Below are positions 19,305 through 30,587 of a stretch of DNA of 45,932 nt, piece after piece. Position numbers and translations under genes: made by a program. The notes below the pieces were generated by a model that saw nothing but the letters and a program-made list of their open reading frames with translations, did not search any database and had not been told where the DNA came from. Numbering within the stretch: the first letter of the stretch is position 1; the number at the start of each line of letters is the position of its first letter. This DNA is from a virus, in the IMG/VR virus record IMGVR_UViG_2654587756_000002; one strand, given 5' to 3'.

Positions 19305-19489
19305 TAACAGAATATGAAAGAATACTTAAAGATACTGGCCAGTTATTTATTACATTTTCAAATTCAAATCAACCAATTAAATTAACCCAAAATGGCATTG
19401 GAATCTTTGCAAAAAATAATAACTTAAAAATTATAAAATTAGAAGAAAAAAATGGAAAAACATTTATTATATTAAAAAAAATTAAATAA
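19295..19489 (+). pseudogene. Out-of-frame continuation of the methyltransferase-like domain of 17889..19304
   Basis: Adding one T to the T7 run at 19289-19295 gives FFWLLITEYERILKDTGQLFI..., matching FFW..M.EI.RILKPGG of the paralogues. The frame stays open to TAA at 19487-19489, 7 bp from the convergent gene. Confidence 0.8.
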
Positions 19490-19496
19490 TTATAAT

Positions 19497-20009
19497 TTAA
19501 TAATTAAACTTATAATTATGTCTCAAAGACTCAATGAGAAATATTACAGTATCAACAGTTTCATTATATGAAGAATAATCATATCCTGACACACTAATTG
19601 TGAAACGATGACCATATTGATCAAAAATAAAAGAAGAATCATTTATTATTGAATTGGAATCTTGACGTTGGAAAAAAACAGAATAAACAGTAGTATTTCC
19701 AATATTTAAAGTTCCATTACGCAAAATAGTCATATCAGAGTGATTTTCAAGATAATCCATCCGATGTTTATAGTCATTATCCTGACGTATATCGTCATAG
19801 GTAATTAGAACCCTACCAATTTCTGGATTATTTAATTTAACATATTGATCATCAGAACTTAATAAATCGAAATTTTTAGGAATTGAAAAAGTATAATCCT
19901 TAAAATTAACAGATGCACCACCAATAATATCTGAAGAATTTGAAATCAAAAATAAATTAACAGAACAGATTAAAATTATTACAATGATTAATAAATATCT
20001 TTTATCCAT
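19497..20009 (-). CDS. Hypothetical membrane-anchored/exported protein
   Basis: Basic N-terminus and hydrophobic helix (RYLLIIVIILICSVNLFLI); six N-X-S/T sequons; 9 bp downstream of a methyltransferase gene. Confidence 0.7.
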   Translation of the reverse strand: MDKRYLLIIVIILICSVNLFLISNSSDIIGGASVNFKDYTFSIPKNFDLLSSDDQYVKLNNPEIGRVLITYDDIRQDNDYKHRMDYLENHSDMTILRNGTLNIGNTTVYSVFFQRQDSNSIINDSSFIFDQYGHRFTISVSGYDYSSYNETVDTVIFLIESLRHNYKFNY

Positions 20010-20018
20010 AGTTTACCC

Positions 20019-20630
20019 TTATTTTTTGATTACATCAATTATTTCATCAATTTTATTCTCTAAATTAAATATTCTATCATCCAAATTAGTTGATGGAATA
20101 TCAAGAATTTCTTTTTTCTTAGCAACTAAACAAGTATCATGCCAAGGATTAGATTCTTCTGAATTATTTGTTGAAACATGAATAACTTCAAAATTAACAT
20201 AATATGCCAAAGCTTTCATACCATCTTCAAAAAACCTATAAGAATCACTATCAGATGAACCATGAATAGGACCTGAACTTGGAGCAATAATACAACAAAA
20301 ACCACCAGGTTTTAAAATCCTATCAATTTCGCTCATCGTTAACCAAAAAAATCCCAAATGTTCAAACAATTGACCTGAAATTACTACATCATAAGAATTA
20401 TTTTCAATTTCTGGAAAATTATAAATATCATCGACTAAAATATCAACATTATTACCATTTTTAAAGTCAAGCCCTTCATATACCCATTTATTAATATTAA
20501 AAATTGATTTATAATTATAATTATTACCACTTGTGTCAAGAGATCCAATATCTAAAATTTTCAAATAATTTTTTTCATTAAGAAAATTTTCTTTAAACCA
20601 TTTCATTTTTTCATAACTACTTTTATGCAT
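20019..20630 (-). CDS. Class I SAM-dependent methyltransferase (family B paralogue)
   Basis: MHKSS start, ILDIGS, SGQLFEHLGFFW, RILKPGG and C-terminal heptad tail. Confidence 0.88.
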   Translation of the reverse strand: MHKSSYEKMKWFKENFLNEKNYLKILDIGSLDTSGNNYNYKSIFNINKWVYEGLDFKNGNNVDILVDDIYNFPEIENNSYDVVISGQLFEHLGFFWLTMSEIDRILKPGGFCCIIAPSSGPIHGSSDSDSYRFFEDGMKALAYYVNFEVIHVSTNNSEESNPWHDTCLVAKKKEILDIPSTNLDDRIFNLENKIDEIIDVIKK

Positions 20631-20856
20631 AATATGAACCCAAACAAATATTTTAAAATAGCAACTTTCTCAATATATTTATTTAAGAAACATCATAAAA
20701 TTTAGCATTATAAATTTAAAATGAACATGAGATAATAATTTAATATGAAATTCAAAAAATAATTCATTAAATTTAAAGCAATGAAATTTAATAAATAAAT
20801 ATACCATTATAGTAATATATATAGTTAGGACATATTTAAAATTAACTAAAATTAGG

Positions 20857-22631
20857 CAACCCTGTTAATTTAAGAAACTCAATATTGAATTTTTAATTAT
20901 ATTGTCTTATTTCTTTATTTTTTCTATTTATAATTTTTTATTTGATGTTTAATTGCGTTAACATATTTATTTTTTATATTAAGACCATATTATTAATTTT
21001 TTATTTTTTTCTTATTTTTCATTTTCTGGTAATTTTTCCATGTATATTCTTTTAATTTACTTTAAATTAAGTGTAATTATTTTAATAGTTTAAATTATTA
21101 TTTTAAGTATTTTATATCTAATTTTAAGTATTTTTAATAGTTAATATTAAATATTATTAAATTATATTTTTATATATGATTATTCAATATTTTTTGTTTT
21201 GAATTTCGGGATTTGGGGGTTGTTTTTGATGATTAATTTCATGGAATATTGTGATGAAACTTGGGTAAACTTAAATAAATATGTTAATCGAAAATATAGA
21301 ATTGATGATGGAAAAAATCATTTTGTTCGAAATCGAAAAACTAATCTGGAAAGTATAATCAAGTATCCTTTCTATGATTGTGGCCGAACAACTGCAATTG
21401 AAGCTATAAATTTTATTAGAAAAGAAAAAAAGGATAAAAATATGACATTAAGCAAATCTAACATTTCTCAAAGAAGAAAATTACTCGACCATGTTTGTTA
21501 TGTGGATATGAATGAAGACTTTATTGATGGAATTTACAACGATTCAGAACGACCTGGCCTTTATAGGGGATATTCAATACTTGCAGGCGATACTAGCATT
21601 TGCGATGCACCAAATATTGGATACACAGAAAAACAACTAAAAGAATTAAATAATCCACATTTCAATAGATTGCGAAAGGAATTAATAAGATTTAGAGCAT
21701 CCTGCATTGCAGATACACAAACAGATTTCATATTAACGGCCACAATAACTAACAGCAAAAAAATAGGCGAAGTAGAACTCGCAATACAACATTTAGACAA
21801 CTTAAACCAAAGAATCGACATGACCAACACCATCACAACCTACGACAGAGGATACGACGCCCTTGAACTAATGCTCAAACATAAGAACATAAATTCATAT
21901 TTTCTAATAAGATTAAAAGCAGATGACTTTATAAACGAACGAAAATATATGAAAACAAATGATGAAATAATAAACATCACCATAAATAGAATACGAACAC
22001 AAAACTTTCACGATGAAGAATTAAAGAAACAAGCACGAGAAAAAAGAAGCACAGAAATAAGAATAACAGAAATAGAACTAACAACTAAAACAGGAAAAAA
22101 ATACACAGAAATACTAGCAAGCAATTTACCCTTCGATAAATTCACTACCTCCGATTTAAAAGAATTATATAACAAAAGATGGAAAATAGAAACCAATTTC
22201 GACAGATTAAAAAACATAATACACATAGAAAACTTCAGCGGATACAACGAAGAAATCATACAACAAGACTTCTACGCCAACATATTCATGTTTAATTACC
22301 TCATGGCAATGAAACTCGATGCAGACCAAAAAATACAAGAAAAACAAAAAAATAAAAACCTAAAACACGAATATAAAACAAATCTCAATGTCTTATTCGG
22401 ATTAATCAAATTAGACATGCCAGACTTATTATCGGATGACCCTAAGGAAAGAGAAAATGCTGTAAAACGAATATTGAATACCGCACAATCGAACTTAGTT
22501 GAAAAAAATAGAGTAAATGATAGGAATCCTGACAGAACAGCCAAAGATCCAAATAACAAATTCCCTCCAACTCAAAGAAGAGGTGAATAAAAAAATTAAT
22601 TTCACAAAAATTTCTTAAATTAACAGGGTTG
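20857..22631 (+). mobile_element. Complete IS4-family insertion sequence (1775 bp)
   Basis: Perfect 21-bp TIRs (CAACCCTGTTAATTTAAGAAA at 20857-20877, reverse complement at 22611-22631). 9-bp target duplication AAAATTAGG at 20848-20856 and 22632-22640. Confidence 0.95.
21229..22590 (+). CDS. IS4-family DDE transposase, intact
   Basis: LAGDTS, YDRGY and LYNKRWKIETNF (Y-2-R-3-E-6-K signature). Likely ATG at 21229 after GGGGGT (the track start is 21199). Confidence 0.9.
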   Translation: MINFMEYCDETWVNLNKYVNRKYRIDDGKNHFVRNRKTNLESIIKYPFYDCGRTTAIEAINFIRKEKKDKNMTLSKSNISQRRKLLDHVCYVDMNEDFIDGIYNDSERPGLYRGYSILAGDTSICDAPNIGYTEKQLKELNNPHFNRLRKELIRFRASCIADTQTDFILTATITNSKKIGEVELAIQHLDNLNQRIDMTNTITTYDRGYDALELMLKHKNINSYFLIRLKADDFINERKYMKTNDEIINITINRIRTQNFHDEELKKQAREKRSTEIRITEIELTTKTGKKYTEILASNLPFDKFTTSDLKELYNKRWKIETNFDRLKNIIHIENFSGYNEEIIQQDFYANIFMFNYLMAMKLDADQKIQEKQKNKNLKHEYKTNLNVLFGLIKLDMPDLLSDDPKERENAVKRILNTAQSNLVEKNRVNDRNPDRTAKDPNNKFPPTQRRGE

Positions 22632-22701
22632 AAAATTAGGGAATAATAGAAACTTAATAAATTCATTATTCAATGTTTTTACAGAAAAATAATTTATTAT
22701 C

Positions 22702-24643
22702 AGAGTTTGTCCAATAATTCAATTTTTTAAAATTTTGATTTGATTATGTTGGATTGATTGTTTGGGGTTCGAGGTGCATTTTTACACTTGAAATTGCACT
22801 TCGAAGTTATTTTTTTCAAAAAATGGGTGTTTTTTGATTGCTTTTTGGTGAAAAGGGTGATTGATTATTTAAGTTTTGAGATAGTGGGTGTTGTTTTTAA
22901 TTGTTTGTTTTTTTGTTTAAATGAGTGTTGCATTTAATTTTTCATGTATTTTTTGTATGTTATGTGATTGAGCGTAGTGTTAGTTCTTTTTCTGCATTTT
23001 TTATACCGTTTCGGTTTAGTTTTTGGAAATTACGTGCATTTCTGAGTAATCCGAAGTGTGCTTCGTTTAGATTTGCTCTTTTTTTGTAGTATGCTTTTCC
23101 TTCAGTTGTTTGGTAATCTGCTTTCATTTTCCATCTTAAGTCGTTTGCGTGTTCAAAAATTTCTTTTACTCTGCTTTTTGTGCATTGATTTTTTACAGGA
23201 CAAGTTTTACATTTGTTTGTAGAGTATACTCTCATTAATTCGCCGTTTAGTTTTCTATTATTTTTGTAGTGTAAGTGTTCACCCATGGGGCAGGTGAATG
23301 AGTCCGTTTTCCAATTATATGTAAAATTTACTTTGTGATATGGTTTTTCTCTATTCTTAGATCTGTTTTTGCTGCTTTCGTTTCGATCAGGAATTATTAA
23401 TCTTATATCATTGTCATATGCATATTTTATTATATTATCGTCCATATATCCGTTATCTGCAACTAATACTTTGGGATTAATCCCATTTGTATTTTTATTT
23501 CATATAACATTTCAAATAGTTCTTTGGAGTCTGTTGGATTCTGTGTTAGATATTGGCCTACGACCATTCCATTTTAGCTGTCGACTGCTACCTGATAATT
23601 GTAATTAAAACCAATATTTTCTTTTTTATCCATCATCCACCTTGATTCAGGGTCAGTTAAACTAATAGTATGTTTTCCATCATAATTAGCTTTTAAAACA
23701 TTCAATAAATCAATAACATAACACACATTATCAACACTAATTAAAGCAGTTTTAAGAAGAATCAAAGCATTTTTATTCAAATTATCATTTATTTCATTAA
23801 TTAAATGATGTATATCTTCTTGTTTTTTATTTTCATTAAATTTTTGTGTATTTTGTACCAAATACTGTTTTTACACCAGTTTCCACCATAATCCAAAATT
23901 AAATTTTGCAAAAATTCAATTTCTTCAATTTTGATTACACGAAAATTATTAGAATTCGCTTTTACAATGGTTCCATCAACTGCAACACACTCACCATCAA
24001 TTAAACCCAAATTAATACCTAAAATAATTGTATAATGGAAAAAAGCATTAATTAATAAACGATTATCTTGCAAAAACCTATGAATTGTTGATTTTTTAGG
24101 TTTCTTACATTTAGGATATAATTAACAGATTCATCATTGTTATTAATCCAATTAGCCAATTTTCTACTACTAAAACGATTATTATAAACACCATAAACAT
24201 AAAATCCCAATAATTCATCAGAATAATATTCTTTTGGCCTTCCTTCATCATTATAATCATTTTTAAATAATAATGGAAAATCACGTTTAAAATTACTGAC
24301 TAACTTTTTAACTGTAAATACAATATTATCATTATTCAAATTCTGTCCAGAGAAAGCATAAGTAAAAATTGCCTGTTCACAAGTTGCATTATCATAAACT
24401 AAACTCATAAATATCAAAACACCCAATCATTAAAAACAAAACCAAAACATTTAAGTGTCACAAAATACATAAAAGTAGAATGTGGGAATTGTTTTAGTTT
24501 TGTTGTGCTAATTAACTATCTATCTTCCCACATATTTATAATTAACTACTTTTTAAATAATTACAACTAAAATGAGTACTTAATCAAGCAAATATTTAAT
24601 AAAAAAATAAAAAATTAGAAAAAATATTTATTGGACAGTTTCT
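22702..24643 (-). mobile_element. Decayed IS1182-family element with multiply frameshifted transposase (fragments 22960-23445, 23574-23861, 23801-24073, 24052-24426)
   Basis: GRPKEY...YGVY...SSRKL, VAVDGTIVKAN, FNYNYQVAVD, VADNGY and F.CPMG motifs in different frames. Imperfect 16-bp TIRs (13/16) at 22702-22717 and 24628-24643. No TSD seen. Confidence 0.8.
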
Positions 24644-24646
24644 ACC

Positions 24647-24730
24647 AATGTATTTTTTTTCAATTATACAACAATTTTAGGGATTACTTTAAGTTTGATT
24701 GATGGTGAATGCATGCTGCTGATTGGAACT
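24647..24730 (+). pseudogene. Short inverted relic of a second IS1182-like transposase
   Basis: About 41 of 51 nt identical to the reverse complement of a segment within 23969-24049. Reads TTILGITLSLIDGEC versus TIILGINLGLIDGEC. Confidence 0.6.
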
Positions 24731-24807
24731 CTCATAATAAATTTTAAATATTAGTTTTAATAATGTATTAATGTTATTATTAATTATTGTTACTTTTGGT
24801 GAGTTAT

Positions 24808-25755
24808 ATGAAAAAAGATTTATCATTAGATAGTTCTTCTAGGGAAAAATTATTATCTGAAATTGATACAAATTCTAAAATTTTAGAAATTGGTCCTTTA
24901 AATAATCCTATGTTCAATAAAAAAGATGCTAATGTTAGTTATGCTGATATTAATAGTACTGAAGATATAAAAAAAGAATATTCTTTCCTTGGTCAACAAG
25001 ATTTAGTCGATTCAATTGTACCTATTGATTTTGTAATTGAAGATTCTTATGAAAATACTTTTAAAAATACAGATATTCGATTTGATTATGTAGTTTCATC
25101 TCATGTCTTAGAACATATTCCTAATCCAATAGATCATTTATTAGATGTTAGTAAAATATTGAATTCAGGAGGTAAAGTTTGTTTTTTACTTCCAGATAAA
25201 GAATTTACATTTGATTATTATAGGGAAACTTCCTCAGTTGCTGATTTGTATGATGTTTATGTGAGGGGTGAAGCTAATAATACTCCTAGATTTTTACTTG
25301 ATAATAAATTATTTCAAATTAATGAAAATTATGCTCCTGATTTTTGGGATAATGGTGCTAGTTCATATCCTAATCCAGATGTTGAGTCTATTTTGGATGA
25401 ATATTTCAGTTTTATTGATGATTTCGATAATAATTATTTTTCCGGTCATTATTGGGTATTTACAGACCAATCGTTTTTACGGATATTAGGAAGTTTGTAT
25501 ATGTTAAACTTAATTCCATATAAACTTTTTTCATTTTATCCTACATCATATAATAGTAATACTTTTGGTTTAATTCTTGAATTAGATTATTCTATTCAAA
25601 ATGACTCTGAACTTAGAAAAAATCAAATACATGAAATTTATGATATTCATAATCGCATAGGACAATTACGTTTTGAAAAAAAAGCAAATTCAATAATTCA
25701 AGAAAATATTCAATTAAAAGAAAAAATTAATAAAATTACTGATTTATTAAAATAA
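24808..25755 (+). CDS. Class I SAM-dependent methyltransferase (family A paralogue)
   Basis: ILEIGPLN, FDYVVSSHVLEHIPNP and LLPDKEFTFD; colinear with 6108..7052. ATG at 24808 follows GGTGAG. Confidence 0.86.
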   Translation: MKKDLSLDSSSREKLLSEIDTNSKILEIGPLNNPMFNKKDANVSYADINSTEDIKKEYSFLGQQDLVDSIVPIDFVIEDSYENTFKNTDIRFDYVVSSHVLEHIPNPIDHLLDVSKILNSGGKVCFLLPDKEFTFDYYRETSSVADLYDVYVRGEANNTPRFLLDNKLFQINENYAPDFWDNGASSYPNPDVESILDEYFSFIDDFDNNYFSGHYWVFTDQSFLRILGSLYMLNLIPYKLFSFYPTSYNSNTFGLILELDYSIQNDSELRKNQIHEIYDIHNRIGQLRFEKKANSIIQENIQLKEKINKITDLLK

Positions 25756-25919
25756 CTTTTGATAGTGGAGATACAATAAATAATTTTTTTATATTTCTTC
25801 ATTGTTATAAAGTTAAAACATTTTTCTGACTTTTCCATTTATTATTCTTTGAACATGAAGAAACCATGCCAAATTTAAGCAAATACCAAGTTATTTGTTT
25901 ATTTTTCATAAATAAAGAT

Positions 25920-27134
25920 TTTTAATCTTTATTTTTGATTTTGAAATATTATATTTCGTTTTAGTTCGAATTAAATCTCTTCTGCATATTTGTTTTTAAA
26001 CACCACGTTTACTCCTAAATATTCATTTTCTAGATTTTGGCATGGTTGAAAAGCATTTTCAATTTTATTGCTAGTTTTTTCTATTTTATTATATTTAAAT
26101 GAAAAATAAAGTTTTTATATCTTGAAGAGCTTGATTTTCTAATAATTTTATAAATAATTGGATGAAATTCTTTTTCACGATAAATTAAAGACTGAAATTC
26201 TTTATTTGAATCTTCATAATTTTCTAAATCAAATAAATATTTAATCATTTTTAATTGTCTGTAGTATTCTTCGTATTTTTCATCCGAAATATGGCATTTA
26301 TCTTTAAAATCATTCAATTGCTTATTTAAACTTTTTTAGTATGAAAAATACATAATTGATGTTTAAAACCTAATTTTGGAATAATTAAAGAATATTTTTT
26401 ATCTAAATCTGTGGTGATTGCAATTTTATTTTTATTTGCTGTTGATTCTTTTAAAAATTTTGTAATAGTCGTTTCATCTTCAGTATCATGAATAACATCG
26501 GCTACAATATAATTAAAAATCTAATCTAGAAGCATATGGCGATATTTCCAATTTCCATTGATTTTTATCCATTCAACATCAAAGACATAATATCCCGAGC
26601 AACGTCCCAAATCAAATTTTAAAATATTTTCATTAACAAAAAGCCAATTTTCTATAGTTTGGTGTGAAACACTGATTCCAAAAAACTTTTTAAATGATTT
26701 ACAAACATTTTTTTAAATTTTTAAGATAAACTGAATTAAAAGTTCCGATTCACTTTTCAATTCATTGGTAAAATTGCTATTTTTATCAACAAGACTTGTT
26801 AAATCAGTTTGAAAGGTTTTACCACAACGTTACAATTATAACACTGAACTTTAATATGAGTCCGAATAATTTCCTTAAAAACTAATTTTCTATCTGTAAA
26901 ACCATATTTAACAACATAATAACTTCCACAATGCAGACATCTAGCTAAACTCATTTTAAAATATAGAACATCTTTTTTAAAACTTAAATAAAATGATTTA
27001 AAAACTTTTTGACAAGAATTCATTAATTTCACAAAACGATAATCAGAAAGGACAAATCCATCATCAGAAACACAAAATATATATTGTTTAACATCCAAAA
27101 TACTATTTAGAGTAATTATTTTTTGATTAGACAT
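25920..27134 (-). pseudogene. ISM1/ISNCY-like transposase relic 1
   Basis: Zn-finger RCLHCGS, then out-of-frame FDVEW, IAITTDLD, HQLCIFH and TSNKIENAF. Several stops and frameshifts. Left boundary approximate. Confidence 0.75.
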
Positions 27135-27518
27135 AATAAAAACTTTTAATTCAACTTTTTATTAAATTTAACTATTTTTAAAAAGAATTAAAAAATCAAA
27201 ACATAATTCCATCAAAAATTTCTAATCAACAAAGTTTTTGAAAGAGTCTTAAAAACTTAAATAAATAAATATTTGTATTTAAAATCATATTTATACATAT
27301 GTTCTTAGATTAGACATTTCATTTATTTTAAATGAACTAGAATCTAAAAAAGAACTGCGAAACTACTTTAAATTTCTGAAATTTTAACAGCAGATTAAGT
27401 TTACAAAATTTTTTCACAACATCCCAAAAACCTTTAAAAGAATTAAATAGAATATTAAATAATCAAAATAGAATTAGAAGAAGAAAAAAAGATATTTATT
27501 GTTTATACAAGACCAATT

Positions 27519-29383
27519 GGGCAAAGTTGAAAATTTTATGGGTTGAGGTATTTTGTGAGTAGGTTCTGCCAGAGATTGTTTGTTTGGATTTCTATTTCCT
27601 GTTGAAATATAACTTCTTCGTACCATTTTATTTCATTTAAGTCTAAAAATATGTCAATGCCTTGTGAGGTTATGAATCTTCTTTTATAGTATTCTTCCAT
27701 TGTGTATTTGTAAAATCCTTCTATCAAATTGTTTGTTTTTGGAATTTTAGTATTTTCCATGTAATTAAATAGTTTGTCTTTGTCTTTTTCGAAATATTCT
27801 AAGTAATTGCTAATATCTTTGGGTAAATATTGTATTCTGTTGTATAATGTGTTGAATTTTCTATTTGACTGTGATATTGTGTCTGTTTAGAATATTTCTG
27901 AGATTTTTGTGCTGCATTTTTCATATAACTTATGTTGTTGTTTTAGTTTTTTGATGTCTTTTCTGTATTTTTTTGTTTTTGTTGTTAGATTCTTTTATTT
28001 TGTTTAAGGACGTGTTTCTTTTTTTATCCTTTTTTGAGGGCCTTTCGATTTGTCCTTTTCCTTTTAATTTTTCTTTGTTTATTCTTTTGGTATTTTTTGT
28101 TTTTAAATATTCTAAAGTGCCTTGTTTTCTTTTGATTTTGCGTTGTTGTTTCCAGGTGAATGTTTTTTGGTTCATTATTTTGTGGAAAACGCATAAGTGT
28201 TGTTCGACCCCTAATTCTTTTAATATATTGGGATATGCATTGACTCAGTCTGTTACAATTACTTCTTTTTTTAAATCAAGTAATATTAATGGATGTCTGG
28301 TATTGGGTGTTGTGGGGGTCGCTATAAACTGATACATCTTTTATTGAATATTTGATGAATATTTTTACAATATCTGAAGTGAATTCTTCATTTGGTATTT
28401 TTAAGTCATTGATTATAACCCGAGTATTTGCGTCTATTTAAGATAATTGTGTGTATTTTTGATTTTTATTTCCTATGAACTCTTCATCGAATCAACTCAC
28501 TCCAGAACATTCTAGTTTTGTTTAATTTAATAGATTTAGAATGCCTTTTCATTTTGCTTGTGAATACTGTGAATATTTATTCTTTTTGTGTAAATAAACA
28601 GTTGATCTGTGTATTTTTTAATTTCCCATTGTTTTTGTAAGAGTTTGGCCTTATTTTTATATGATGTGTGTTCTATTGAATCAATATTGAGTATTAAATC
28701 CATTATGTAGATAGTGTAGTTGCAATGTCTCTCAACAATGCCATTTAAAGGTGTTGTTAGTGTTTTTCAACATTCACAGCATTTGTATCTTTGTTTATAA
28801 ATTGGAAAGATCTTATTCATCTTCCAGAGCTTAATTTCATGTTTATGAAGCTTTCCACCACAAGGACAAGTCCTATCAGCCATATCATAGATAATTTTAA
28901 CTTCTCAGGGCATAATAAATAATAAAAATAGTGCAATGATTGAAGGAACTTCTTGTGACAAGTAAATTTTTTCATATTTAAACCAAACAAAAGAATTAAA
29001 TATCTTTTCGGCATAAACTTTATCTGTAGGAGTTTTATTTCGTTTCATAATATAATATATGCTCCTACAACCTATTTAAAACTTATTTAAGACCTAAAAT
29101 TACTCATTTTTAACTATGCCAGATTATTATATCGAGCAATTAATATATTTGCCTTCATAAAAAGCGTTGTTTTAAAATTAAAAGAGGCATTATTAAATTA
29201 AAGGTATCCAAAACTTTATTAATAAAATCTGCCAAATATTGCATCAAATGACCTATAAATTTACAATTATTTATTGTTTTTCATATAAACATATAAAATA
29301 ACTTAAATTGTTATAATATTAGTTTTAAATTAGTAATATCGTGTTTTAAAAAATATAAACACATAAAATTTTCAACTTTGCCC
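27519..29383 (-). mobile_element. ISM1/ISNCY-like element with intact ends and dead transposase
   Basis: Perfect 22-bp TIRs (GGGCAAAGTTGAAAATTTTATG at 27519-27540, reverse complement at 29362-29383). 5-bp duplication CAATT at 27514-27518 and 29384-29388. Confidence 0.85.
27536..29048 (-). pseudogene. ISM1/ISNCY-like transposase relic 2
   Basis: Starts MKRK at ATG 29048 (SD TAGGAG). Out-of-frame RTCPCGG, YKQRYKCCECG, QHLCVFH and IPKTNNLIEGF. Confidence 0.8.
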
Positions 29384-29963
29384 CAATTGACTTGTATTTT
29401 AATTTAACAGGAAAAAAACAAAAGAACATCCCAAAACATTAAATTTAAAATGGAGTTATTCATCATCTAAAGAATTTTATTGGATTTAACGCCACAGTTA
29501 TCATTAATTACAATAGTATGAACAATGTTTCTATTTTAATCCATTCTGGAACACCAAATGATGCGAAACTTTTTGATAGAATAAGAAAAAACGTACAAAA
29601 AAGACGAATCATGCAAAAAAAGATACCATAATTTTTGATAAAGAATATTGCAGTTATAAAACTACTAATTAAGAATAAGCATATTTTTATGAGCCTTAAT
29701 TATATCACAAGAATTTTGCTCAAAAACAGCCATACAACAATTATCGGAGAACTAAAAAATTCAGACACCTAACATTTTAATTAATAAATGTAAAAAAAAT
29801 TACAAAAACCATGACAGTAATAATTAAATAATATTTAATAATAATATATAAATTAATACAAAATTAAAGAATGAATATTAACAAATAATTTATGTCAACA
29901 CTCATTACATTAAAAAAAAATATTTGAAAATATTGAACATCAAAAGAAAATTTTTTCAATTTT

Positions 29964-30572
29964 TCATTTCACAATATTTTTTATTTTTTCTAATAAAGAA
30001 TTTACATTATTTTCTATAATTTTACTCTTATCCATTTTTACATCAAGAGTACCCTGTTTTTTTGCAACCAAACATGCATCACACCAAGGTTTAGAATAAT
30101 TTTCATTATTTATCGAAACATGAAGAATATCAAAATTTACATAATTAGCCAAACCCCTCATCCCATCTTCATAAAATCTATAGCAATCTACATCCTCAAT
30201 CCCATGTTTTGGCCCACCACTTGGAGCAATAATACAACAAAAACCACCCGGTTTTAAAATTCTACTTATTTCACCCATTGTTAACCAAAAAAAACCTAAA
30301 TGTTCAAACAATTGACCACAAATAACCACATCATAAGATTCATCAGCAATTTCCTGAATATTATATATATCGGCAGTAATAATATCAACATTTTTTCCTT
30401 TTCTAAAATCCAATCCATCATAAGACCAGTTAGGTTCATTAAAAATAGATTTATAGTTATAATTATTACCACTAGTATCTAATGAACCAATATCCAAAAT
30501 ATTTAAATAATTTCTTTTATCCAAAAAATTATTTTTAAACCAATTCATTTTATCATGACTACTTTTATGCAT
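29964..30572 (-). CDS. Class I SAM-dependent methyltransferase (family B paralogue)
   Basis: MHKSS, ILDIGS, GQLFEHLGFFW, RILKPGG and short C-terminal tail. Confidence 0.88.
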   Translation of the reverse strand: MHKSSHDKMNWFKNNFLDKRNYLNILDIGSLDTSGNNYNYKSIFNEPNWSYDGLDFRKGKNVDIITADIYNIQEIADESYDVVICGQLFEHLGFFWLTMGEISRILKPGGFCCIIAPSGGPKHGIEDVDCYRFYEDGMRGLANYVNFDILHVSINNENYSKPWCDACLVAKKQGTLDVKMDKSKIIENNVNSLLEKIKNIVK

Positions 30573-30587
30573 AATAACACCAAATAA

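Larger units (their letters stand above)
27270..29670 (+). pseudogene. IS5-type transposase relic split by a later insertion (pieces ~27270-27518 and ~29389-29670)
   Basis: Removing 27519-29383 and one CAATT copy joins ...RRKK/IFIVYTRPIDLYFN.../KKTKEH...LKWSYSSSK.../IGFNATV...LIHSGTPNDAKLF...IIFDK. Family recognised from memory of methanogen transposases. Confidence 0.7.

Noticed and set aside
5009-25489. Same-strand alternative-frame ORFs (3391..3624, 5009..5245, 13508..13726, 25268..25489)
   Set aside because: They are nested in real genes and show no recognisable motifs; expected by chance in AT-rich DNA.
27506-29396. Longer 35-bp imperfect TIRs for this element
   Set aside because: The outer 13 bp belong to the near-palindromic target. 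The CAATT duplication and the restored reading frame fix the ends at 27519 and 29383.
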